Assembly: GCF_009834535.1 (NCBI RefSeq) | Contig: NC_045696.1 | Coordinates: 91,142,001 to 91,206,000 of the forward strand | Direction of reading: 5' to 3' | Origin: Camelus ferus | Lineage: Eukaryota | Length of the DNA: 64,000 nucleotides | Shown here: positions 53,122 to 64,000 of the stretch, piece after piece | Position numbering within the stretch: position 1 is the stretch's first letter | Layout: each line of letters starts with the position of its first letter | The notes under the pieces: model-generated | Seen by the model: only the letters and a program-made list of their open reading frames with translations | What the model was told of the DNA's origin: nothing | The model's database searches: none | Made by a program: the position numbers and the translations under genes

Positions 53122-53454
53122 ATAAATACAAAACAGAAACAGACTCATAGACATAGAATACAAACTTGTGGTTGCCAAGGGGGTTGGGGGGGTGGGACGG
53201 GACAGACTGGGATTTCAAAATTTGTAGGTACTGACAGGCATATGCAGAATAGATAAACAATACTATACTATATAGCATAGGAAAATATATACTAGAGCTT
53301 ATAGTAGCTCACATGAAAAAAAATGTGACAATGAATATATGTATGTTCATGTATAACTGAAAAATTGTGCTCTACACTGGAATTTGACACAACATTGTAA
53401 AATGACTATAACTCAATAAAAATGTTTAATAAAAAGAAAACATGGGTATTTAAA
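51150..53454 (+). mobile_element. 5'-truncated LINE-1 (3' half of ORF2 plus 3'UTR), related to but older than the 59.7-kb copy
   Basis: ORF2 fragments 51290..51505, 51605..52057 and 51993..52358 are broken by stops and frameshifts. Flanked by the 17-bp direct repeat AAATTAGCTTTCATTTA at 51133-51149 and 53455-53471. Confidence 0.96.
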
Positions 53455-54189
53455 AAATTAGCTTTCATTTAACAAAACTTCACTTTCAGATATGTACTTA
53501 ATGAGTAGAGGACTTACATCAAGAGGAAAAGTAGGAGATAAAATTCCAAGTGACCGAGGTGATCAAACCCCACAATCTGATGAGCAGAGATCCTGAGAAC
53601 ATCATGTCATGCATCATTGTAGGCTCTGGATCCCTAAGATGTACCACCAGGCATACTTTAGTTAGATTATTCTGGTCTCTTTTTTACATTAGATTTAATA
53701 TCATTGCTAATTGGCACTAAATGTTTTTGGCTCTGCTGACACCTGTCTCTTTTTAGGCTGACTTCACTTGAACCAGGTTAACTTGCAACATCTTGGACTT
53801 TGCTTTTAGGATTAACAGCATTACATTCAGGGTTAAACTGGCCCAGTGATAGCCTTCCCTAGTCCCCTGCCTACTGAAAAGAACAACATTGGACACTGTT
53901 GTCTTTGCCAATGACAACATAACTATAATGAGAATGGTGGAGTCTTCACTTTAAGCTGAGAACCACACCGATCTACTTTCCTTTGCCTTTCAGAGTCTTC
54001 AGGAAAAAATAAAACAACACAAAAGGGTAACAGTTGATGATTAAAACTATAAAGCTTTGATAGTATTTTTTTCAAGTGATGAAAAGGCATTAACATATGC
54101 TTTATCAATGAGCCTTCCAAGTCTAAAAAGTAAAAATATAAGTATATTGTTAAAGCTTAATGTTAAAAATCTTGTGCCCTTGCTCTCAA

Positions 54190-55095
54190 CTGTCCATTCT
54201 TTCATTCTCTTATTCAACAACTATAAAGCCTATGATGTGCTAGGCTCTGTTCTGAGTGTAAGGGATACAAATCAGACAAAAACCCTTGCCCTCCAAAACC
54301 TTAGACTCAAGCAGGCAATAACTGAGCAAGTAAAATGTGAATTATGTTGGTGCTGAAAACTGACGAGGATAAAAAAGAAGGAAAGAGGGAGAAGTAAGAG
54401 TGTGGCGTTGCAGTTTTAGACAGTATATCCAGGGAAGGATTTACTGATAAAATGACATTTACGTAAAGACCTTAAGGAGGTAAGAGAGTGAGCCACGTGA
54501 TAACGGGGGAAAAGAAGTGGCAAGTGCGAAGGCTCAGGTGGGAGCGTGCCTGGTGCCTGAAGGAACATCAGTGTGGCAAGCTGTCTAGAGTGAAGGCAGC
54601 GAAGGGAGTGTAACAGGTCAGTGCCATGGCAGAGTGGTGACTGGTGGCCAGATCCCAGGGGCTCTGTAGAACATGGTAAGTACCTTGGCTTTTATTCTGT
54701 CATGGGGAGCTATTGAAGGGTTTTGAGCAGAATAAAGGACATAATTTAGTATTTACAGAATCACTCTGGCTGCTTGTTGAGAATAGACCACTTATGTGGC
54801 CAGTGTAGCAGTCTGGGAGAGATGATAGCAGCTTGGACCCAGATAGTAGCAGTGTGGATGTGAGGAGTGGTTGGGGTTTTGGAAAGAGTTTGAAGGTAAA
54901 GCCTTCCCGATTTGCTGGTGGATCAGCTATGGGCTGTGAAAGATCAAGAGTTATCAAGCATGAATGGAGTTTGACGGTGGGGAGGCTCTTGGAGGAGCAG
55001 GTTTGGGGGAGGACGGAAGCTCTCATTGTTAGTCCTATTAAAATTGGATGGGGATGTCAAGTAGGTGGTTGGTCGTATGAGTCTGCAGTTCAGGG
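54190..55095 (-). mobile_element. L2 (L2a-like) 3' portion
   Basis: tattcaacaac..tgtgctaggctctgttct, gggagctattgaagggttttgagcag and atcactctggctgct. Confidence 0.85.
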
Positions 55096-56249
55096 TACGT
55101 GTGGTTTACCTCCAGGCTTTTCCAGCCCGTCCATGTATTGGGCAATAGGGCTGTTGTAAATTAGGAGTGGGGCAGCTGCTTCCTCAAAGAAAGAGGGTCT
55201 AACCCCTGGTTAAAGGTTAGTTTTCCACTTCATAAAGAATAATCATCATGCCCAGTGCATTTCTTGGGCTTCTCATCTTCATAGCAGGTTATCCCCACCC
55301 AGTTGAGAAACCATAATGTTCTCTTTTTCTTTATTCTCTCTTGATTAGTGAGGTCAGCTTCCAAACCCAGCCAAATTAGCATTTACTACTTCAGTTATTG
55401 ACATAAAGATCTATGACATAGGTGTAGCCTCTTTATCCATGATGCAATAATTATGCCTTAGTTCATATGACTTCTTATCAGAAACTGTGAAGGGCTGTTA
55501 TTGGGGTTTCTGCAGGGCTTTGACTAACTGCTAATTGAAATATAATTAGCACCACACAACCTGTCAGGAAAAGTGTTTTGTTCTAAACTGAGCCAGGCAG
55601 GGCACCAAATGTGGGCATCTGAGGTGGCTGAGAATTCACACTCAGAAACATCAGAGAACCTGGGCTCAGCCCTTATGATAACACACAGCACCAAGTGACC
55701 GCCACTGCTATCTTGGAGAGTGGATTTTTTTTTTCTTTTGTGTATGATAGGAGGTTGATGGATTGTGTCTGTTGCAGAGACACAAGGAGAAAAGGTGACT
55801 CAAATCCCAAAATAGCCCTTTTGAATGCATTAAGAGAAAACATCTCTGACACAGACAGGAAGAAAGGGAAGAGGGGGCAGGAGTCAGTGACAAAATGTTC
55901 ATAGTGCGTTGGTCACCAGCATTGATTCATATGAAGTTATTATCTTGTGCTAAGAAGTGACGTTGTCCTTTGCTTTAATGTTCTAAATTATAGAAACCCT
56001 CTAAAACTGTACAATTACCTGAAGATTAAATTGATTGTCCATTATCTGTGTTTTAACAATCTACTTGGTAAGTGTTTCCTATCATTTCTTCATCACTTCA
56101 CACCCGGTTGGGGTTTGGAGTAGGTCATAGGCATGACTCCTGTTTGATAATCTGGTGGTTACATATCTGAATTCTCTATAAAAGTAAGAACATCAGTATT
56201 GAAGTGAGACAAGGGAAAAGTCTCACTTAAGTTTGCTTTAAATAGACAA

Positions 56250-59200
56250 ACTATCTGAAAGAAACTTTAATGGAAGAAATTATCCCATTCACAACAGCAG
56301 CAAACACCATTACACATCTGAAGTTAAACTCAATAAGAAATGGCAGGAAATATATAAAGAAAATTCTAAAACCACTCAAGGGCATGAAAGGAGACCTGCT
56401 AAATAGACAAAGGGACTCCACAATGTAAAGATGCAAGTAATTCCTAAGTTAATCTGCAGACTTGATGCAATCTCAATAAAAAGCCCACTAGAGGTTTTGT
56501 TTTTGTTTTTGTTTTTGTTTTGTTTTTTAGTGCATTGCTTGTTTATTTTGGAACTTGTCAAGAATAGTGAGAAAAAGTAGGAAAAGAATATTGGAGGGTC
56601 CTACCATACATTAAAATATATTATAAAACTTAATAATTATAACTGTGCAGGATCAGCATAGAGTAGAAAGGTTAGACCAATGGAAGAGTTGAGAAGTAGA
56701 CTTAACTTTTTATGAAAATTTCATATATGATAAACCCATGATTTAAAATCAATGGGAAAAATGGGGTTTTTAATAAACGGTTTTAGGGACAACTATCTAG
56801 ATCTCTGGGAAAAGAATAAAACTGAATATACTCAATATTCCTCCTAACAGAAAGATGGATCGAAGATTTAAACATAAAAAAAAAGAAACCACAGGAGTTC
56901 TAGAAGCAAACATGAAGTTTGTTTATAATTTTCAATTGATGGAAGCCTTTCTAAGCAAGAAAATAAACCCAGAAGCCATAAAGTTAAAGGTTAATAAATT
57001 TCACTACCTAAAAATTAAATTTTCTGCACAGCAAAAATATCATAAATACAGTCAAAAGATAAATGACCAACTAAAGAAACATTTAAAACATATATTAGTG
57101 ACAAATGATTAATTTTCTCAATATATAAAAAGTTCTCTCAGCTCTATAAGCAACAGGAACATGAGTTCACATTTAAAAAAAGAAAAAACAGGTTTATAAA
57201 TACATGGAAAGGTTTCCACTCTCACTAATAATAAAAGAAATCCACTTGAATAAATAGGTAACATTTGCAATTTTCAGGTAAAGAAAGATTAAAAAAAAAA
57301 TACATGAGACGAGGATCTAAGCAAGCTCTTTCACTGTAGATGGGAGTTCAAAATTGGTTTGACTTTGCTATGATCTGAATGTTTGTGGTCTCCAAAAATT
57401 CTTAGGTTGAAATCCTAAACTCCAATGTGATTGTATTAGGAGGTATGCCCTTTGGGAGGTGATTAGGTCAGGAGGGTGGCACCTTCTTAAATAATATTAG
57501 TACCCTTATGGAAGAGGCCCTAGAGAGCTCCCTTGCCCGTTTCTGCCAGGTGATGATACAATGAGAAGTCTGTAACTAGGAAGAGGGCCTCACCTGATCA
57601 TGATGGCACTTTGATCTTAGACTTCCCACCCTCCAGAACCATAAGCAATAAATTTCTGTTGTTTTAAGCCACCCAGGCAGTATTTTGTTGTAACAGCCAA
57701 AATGGACTAAGACAGCACCCCTTACAGGACAATTTTGTAGTATCTTCCAAATGTAAGATACACATACCCTTTTGGTCCAGCAGCTGACACTTTGGGACAT
57801 TTGTCCCATATTATATACACACATGTGCAAGAACAATGCGATTAAATATTCATTATAGCATTGTTGATCATAGGAAAAAAGACTGAAAAAATTGTCAATG
57901 AACAGGCTACTTGGCTAAAGAAATAATGGTGACTAAGTACAATAGAATACTATGCAATTATGAAAAAGGGTGAAGTAGCTCTGTTAATCTTATAAAAATT
58001 TCCAAGATATATTGTTTAATTAAAAAAAAAGAACCTAGTTGCCATGCAGTAGATATAAACAGCTTTAATCTATGTAAACATAAAATGGGACACACAGGTG
58101 TACATCTATGCATTATGCACACATGTGTATGCTTATCTGTACGTATGTCACTTACACATACACCTCTCATGCTCATGTATGCCTAGAGCACTTTTGGAAA
58201 AAATTCCCTCTAGGGATGGGAAATGAAGAACTAGCAGGGGTTGGTATCATATGTACATATTACTTTTGTATTAAAAGCAAGTTCTTTTAAAAATACATGG
58301 GAATTTATAATATATAAATGTAATACTTCAAATTAATAAGGAAACAATGAATTATCCAATAGATAATATTGATACAACTAGATGGCCATTTAGAATAAAT
58401 AAATTCTAGGTTGATTAAAGTTTTAAAAGTAATAAAAAATAAAATCATTACTGTTCTTGAAGAAGATGGTGATAATCTTTTATAGTGTTGGATGGGAAAG
58501 AATTTCCTAATCATGTAATGAAAGCACATAAAAATTGAGCAGTTTGACTACAAAAAGTAAACTTTGACTCAGTTAAAAGTATAAACAAAATTGAAAGACA
58601 AGCAAAATGGGAAAAATATTTGCAAGACAAATGATAGATCACAAAAAAATATTATTGACTAAATATTCTTACAAATCAATAAAAAAGACCAACAAAAAAA
58701 GCATAAGACATGAACAGACCATTTATTCAACACGTGAAAAGATTTCACCCATGCTAATTACCACTTGAGCTATACCCTTCCACCACAACCATTCTAATTA
58801 AAATGTGAATAAAACAATAAATTTCATTTTTCACCATTTCACTTTGGACAGAAACAAAATTTTTGAGTTAATATAATTCATCAGTGTTGAAAAACAGTTC
58901 TCTTACAAACTATTTGGTGGAGATTAAAAACTGATGCTTTTCTGAAAGTCACTTTAGTAGTAAAAATGTACAATGTACTATTTATTCCAGCAACCCCACG
59001 TTTAGAATTTACTCTGAAGAGGTAATCATTCAAGTTCACTGAAAAAAATCTAAGTGATGTCCATCAGAATGTTGTTTAGAATAACACACACACACACACA
59101 CACAAAACAATTGAAATGTTCATCAATAGGGTACCCATAGTGTAAATAATGGCACCTATTACAATGGAATACAATGTAGCCCTTTAAAATAATGATATAG

Positions 59201-59688
59201 AGCTACATGCAGAGACATGCAAGTTTCTCCTTGATCCATTGTCAAGTGCTTAAAAGCAGATTGAAAAACACCATGGAGAGCACAAAATATTGTGCAGGAG
59301 AGCTCTCAGGAAAGTTGCTCGTACAATCATTTACAGTGGTTTTTATTGAGTTTGAGGACTTTAGGTAATTTTTATTTTCTCTTATCTTTAAAAATTTAAT
59401 CAGAGTATCCCCTCAATGAAATAAATCCTGTGTAGACATTAAAAATACTGGAGAAAAAAATTCAATGCCAAGAAAGGATGTTTACGACTTACTAAGTAAA
59501 GAAATATAGGTTACAAAGTAATACTTCCAACATTATCTCATTTTTAGAATAAAGTATAGAAATATATATTCACTTACATACATTTGTGCCTGAAAAGTAT
59601 TAGCTTAAATATATTAAAAGTGATCATCTCTGTGTGGTGGGATTTTGGGTGACTTTTTCAAAGATACTTTTTAATGAGGTTGTATCAC
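56250..59688 (+). mobile_element. Highly decayed old L1M fragments (ORF2 3' part and 3'UTR), interrupted by an MLT1 LTR
   Basis: A-rich ORF2-like text (cccattcacaacagcagcaaa, aacccagaagccataaa, tgggaaaaatatttgcaa). Probably at least two separate copies. Confidence 0.7.
57366..57714 (+). mobile_element. MaLR solo LTR (MLT1A-like)
   Basis: TGCTATGATCTGAATGTTTG ... caataaatttctgttgttttaagccaccc ... ggactaagaCA. Confidence 0.88.
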
Positions 59689-62600
59689 TTTTTATTTATT
59701 TATTTATTTATTTTTAACATTTTTTATTGATTTATAATCATTTTACAATGTTGTGTCAAATTCCAGTGTTCAGCACAATTTTTCAGTTATTCATGGACAT
59801 ATACACACTCATTGTCACATTTTTTTCTCTGAGTTATCATAACATTTTGTGTATATTTCCCTGTGCTATACAGTGTAGTCTATTCTACAATTTTGAAATC
59901 CCAGTCTATCCCTTCCCACCCTCCACCCCCCTGGTAACCACAAGTCTGTATTCTCTGTCTGTGAGTCTATTTCTGTCCTTTATTTATGCTTTGTTTTTGT
60001 TTGTTTGTATGTTTTTGTTTTTGTTTTTTAGATTCCACATATGAGCGATCTCATATGGTATTTTTCTTTCTCTTTCTGGCTTACTTCACTTAGAATGACG
60101 TTCTCCAGGAGCATCCATATTGCTGCAAATGGTGGTATGTTGTCGGTTTTTATGGCTGAGTAGTATTCCATTGTATAAATATACCACCTCTTCTTTATCC
60201 AGTCACCTGTTGATGGACATTTAGGCTGTTTCCATGTTTTGGCTATTGTAAATAGTGCTGCTATGAACATTGGGGTGCAGGTGTCATCCTGAAGTAGATT
60301 TCCTTCTGGATACAAGCCCAGGATTGGGATTCCTGGGTCATATGGTAAGTCTGTTCCTAGTCTTTTGAGGAATCTCCACACTGTTTTCCATAGTGGCTGC
60401 ACCAAACTGCATTCCCACCAGCAGTGTAGGAGGGTTCCCAATTCTCCACAGCCTCTCCAGCATTTGTCATTTGTGGATTTTTGAATGACGGCCATTCTGA
60501 CTGGTGTGAGGTGATACCTCATTGTAGTTTTGATTTGCATTTCTCTGATAATTAGTGATATTGAGCATTTTCTCATGTGCCTATTGATCATTTGTATGTC
60601 TTCCTTGGAGAATTGCTTGTTTAGGTCTTCTGCCCATTTTTGGATTGGGTTGTTTATTTTTTTCTTATTGAGTCGTATGAGCTGCTTATATATTCTGGAG
60701 ATCAAGCCTTTGTTGATTTCACTTGCAAAAATTTTCTCCCATTCCGTAAGTTGTCATTTTGTTTTACTTATGGTTTCCTTTGCTATGCAGAAGCTTGTAA
60801 GTTTCATTAGGTCCCATTTGTTTATTCTTGCTTTTATTTCTTCTAGGAGAAAATTTTTTAAATGTATGTCAGATAATGTTTTGCCTATGTTTTCCTCTAG
60901 GAGGTTTATTGTATCTTGTCTTATGTTTAAGTCTTTAATCCATTTTGAGTTGATTTTTGTATATGGTGTAAGGGAGTGTTCTAGCTTCATTGTTTTACAT
61001 GCTGCTGTCCAGTTTTCCCAACACCATTTGCTGAAGAGACTGTCTTTATTCCAATGTATATTCTTGCCTCCTTTGTCAAAGATGAGTTGACCAAAAGTTT
61101 GTGGGTTCATTTCTGGGCTCTCTATTCTGTTCCATTGGTCTATATGTCTGTTTTGGTACCAATACCATGCTGTCTTGATGACTGTAGCTCTATAGTATTG
61201 TCTGAAGTCTGGGAGAGTTATTCCTCCAGCCTCTTTCTTTCTCTTCAGTAATGCTTTGGCAATTCTAGGTCTTTGATGGTTCCATATGAATTTTATTATG
61301 ATTTGTTCTAGTTCTGTGAAATATGTCCTGGGTAATTGGATAGGGATTGCATTAAATCTGTAGATTGCCTTGGGCAGTGTGACCATTTTAACAATATTGA
61401 TTCTTCCAATCCAAGAGTATGGGATATCTTTCCATTTTTTAAAGTCTTCTTTAATTTCCTTCCTCAATGGTTTATAGTTTTCTGTGTATAATTCTTTCAT
61501 CTCCTTGGTTAGATTTATTCCCAGATATTTTATTACTTTGGGTGCTATTTTAAAGGGGATTGTTTCTTTACTTTCTTCTTCTGTTGATTTATCGTTAGTG
61601 TAAAGAAATGCAACTGATTTTTGAACATTAATTTTGTAACCTGCTACCTTGCTGAATTCTTCCATCAGCTCTAGTAGCTTTTGTGTGGACCTTTTAGGGT
61701 TTTCTATATATAGTAACATGTCGTCAGCATATAATGAAACTTTTACCTCTTCTTTTCCAATTTGGATCCCTTTTATTTCTTTCTCTTGCCTGACTGCTGT
61801 GGCTAGGACTTCCAGGACTATGTTGAATAGGAGTGGTGATAGTGGGCATCCTTGTCTTGTCCCAGATTTTAGTGGGAAGCTTTTGAGTTTTTCACCGTTG
61901 AGTACTATGCTGACTGTAGGTTTGTCATATATAGCTTTTATTATGTTGAGATATGTTCCCTCTATACCCACTTTGGCGAGAGTTTTTATCATAAATGGGT
62001 GTTGAATTTTATCAAATGCTTTTTCTGCATCGATTGAGATGATCATGTGGTTTTTGTCCTTTCTCTTGTTGATGTGATGTATTACACTGATTGATTTGCG
62101 TATGTTGAACCAGCCTTGTGTCCCTGGGATGAACCCCACTTGGTCATGATGTATAATCTTTTTTATGTGTTGTTGGATTCTATTTGCTAAAATTTTGGTG
62201 AGGATTTTGGCGTCTATGTTCATCAGTGATATTGGCCTATAATTCTCTTTTTTTGTAGTGTCTTTGCCTGGTTTTGGTATCAGGGTGATGGTGGCTTCAT
62301 AGAATGAGTTTGGGAGTATTCCCTCCTTTTCAATCGTCTGGAAGAGTTTGAGAAGGACTGGTATGAGTTCTTCTTTGTATGTTTGGTAGAATTCCCTGGT
62401 GAAGCCATCCGGTCCTGGACTTTTATTTGTAGGGAGGTTTTTAATTGCTATTTCTATTTCCTTTCTAGTGATCGGATTGTTCAAGTGTTCAGATTCTTCT
62501 TGATTCAGTTTTGGTGGACAGTATGTTTCCAGAAACTTGTCCATCTCCTCTAGGTTATGCAGTTTGGTTCCATATAGTTTTTCATAATATTCTCGTATGA

Positions 62601-64000
62601 TATTCTGTATTTCTATTTTATTTGTTGTAATTTCTCCATTCTCCTTTCTTATTTTGCTAATTTGTGCTCTCTCTTTTTTCTTCTTTGTGAGTTTGGCCAG
62701 AGGTTTGTCGATTTTATTTACTTTTTCAAAAAACCAGCTTTTGGTTTGGTTGATTTTTTCTATGGTCTTGTTAATCTCTATTGTATTTAATTCCTCTCTG
62801 ATCTTTATTATTTCCTTCCTTCTGCTGCTTTTTGGGGCTTTTTGTTCTTCTTTTTCTAATTCATTCAGGTGGTGGGTTAAATTGTTTATTTGAGATTGTT
62901 CTTCTTTTTTGAGGAAGGCCTGTATCGCTATAAACTTCCCTCTTAGCACTGCCTTTGCTGTGTCCCATAGGTTTTGAGTGGTTGTGCTTTCATTGTCATT
63001 TGTCTCAAGGTATTTTTTAATTTCAGCTTTGATTTCCACATTGACCCATTGGTTTTTTAATAACATATTGTTTAATCTCCATGCTTTCCTTTTTTTCTCC
63101 TTTGTTTCTCTGTTGTTGATTTCCAGTTTCATGGCATTGTGGTCAGTAAAGATGCTTGAGATAATTTCTATCTTCTTAAAATTGTTGAGGTTTCTTTTTT
63201 GCCCAAGTACGTGATCAATCCTGGAAAATGTTCCATGTGCACTTGAAAAGAATGTATATCCTATTTTTATGGGGTGTAATGCTCTGAAAATATCCACCAA
63301 GTCTAGTTTTTCTATTGTAGTATTTAATTTCTCTGTTGCCTTGTTTATTTTCTGTCTGGAAGATCTGTCTAGTGATGTTAATGCAGTGTTAAAATCTCCA
63401 ACTATGATTGTATTCCCATCAATATCCCCCTTTATCTATGTTAGTAATTCTTGTATGTACTTAGGTGCTCCTATATTGGGTGCATATATATTAACGAGTG
63501 TAATATCCTCATCTTGTATCACTCCTTTAATCATTATAAAATGTCCTTCTTTATCTTTCTTTATGGCCTTTGTTTTAAAGTCTATTTTGTCTGAAATCAG
63601 TACTGCAACACCTGCTTTTTTGGCTTTTCCATTTGCATGGAATATCCTTTTCCATCCTTTCACTCTCAATCTATATGTGTCCTTCTCCCTAAAGTGGGTC
63701 TCTTGTATGCAGCATATTGAAGGTTCTTGCTTTATTATCCAGTCTGCCACTCTGTGTCTTTTGACTGGAGCATTTAGTCCATTAACATTTACAGTAATTA
63801 ATGATAGATGTGTGTTTATTGCCATTTTGAACTTATCTTTGCAGTTGAATTGGTATATCCTCTTTGTTCCTTTCTTCTTCCTTTTGTGGTTTGGTAATTT
63901 TCCTTTGTATTATCATGGATTTTATTTAATTTTTGTGACTCCTTTGTAAATTTTTGGCTTGTGATTACCCTTTTTTGTAAATCTGTCAACCCATTACTAT
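59689..64000 (-). mobile_element. Young LINE-1 (camelid-like subfamily): inter-ORF region, complete ORF2, 3'UTR and (TAAA)n tail; continues past the window end
   Basis: ORF2 translation carries EN, RT and CCHC motifs. The 3'UTR has AATAAA followed by an A-rich tail, seen as (TTTA)n on + at about 59689-59715. Confidence 0.97.
60028..63825 (-). pseudogene. LINE-1 ORF2p (APE endonuclease, reverse transcriptase, CCHC domain), one reading frame with two premature stops
   Basis: ORFs 63436..63825, 60754..63300 and 60028..60705 share one frame. Motifs: NVNGLN, IQET, GDFN, RIDH, TDHN, QGCPLSP, YADD, YLG, CWRGC-x7-H-x4-C. Stops are TAG at 63438-63436 and TGA at 60756-60754. Confidence 0.95.

Noticed and set aside
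63269..63949. 226-aa plus-strand ORF and other plus ORFs over 59727-63214
   Set aside because: Antisense shadows of L1 ORF2; T-rich low-complexity peptides recur opposite every L1 here.
1..64000. Inferring a host gene's strand from L1 orientation bias
   Set aside because: L1s occur on both strands, so neither direction nor intronic status can be inferred.

Overview
This is AT-rich, CpG-poor mammalian genomic DNA, non-coding and dense in repeats. A tRNA-derived SINE and two young LINE-1 copies resemble camelid (alpaca/llama/camel) elements as I recall them, but I could not check that against a database. I recognise no host protein-coding exon, rRNA, true tRNA or CRISPR array. All long ORFs are LINE-1 ORF2 or its antisense shadow. 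Main features: (1) a minus-strand L1 running off the right edge (59689 to beyond 64000), whose ORF2 (63825-60028, 1265 codons) has no frameshift and only two in-frame stops; (2) a 5'-truncated plus-strand L1 of a related, older subfamily (51150-53454) with a 17-bp target-site duplication and a probable 11-nt 3' transduction; (3) a multilayer nest of old L1, HAL1-like and LTR elements at 22.8-30.3 kb; (4) many MIR, L2, MaLR/ERVL LTR and hAT relics. Unique stretches hold candidate regulatory DNA (CTCF/YY1 motifs near 8 kb, a G-quadruplex/GC box at 16 kb, homeodomain-site clusters) and several minus-strand exon-like segments that could belong to a spliced lncRNA. I found no convincing new biological system. 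Repeat family names come from remembered consensus sequences, and boundaries of old repeats are approximate.
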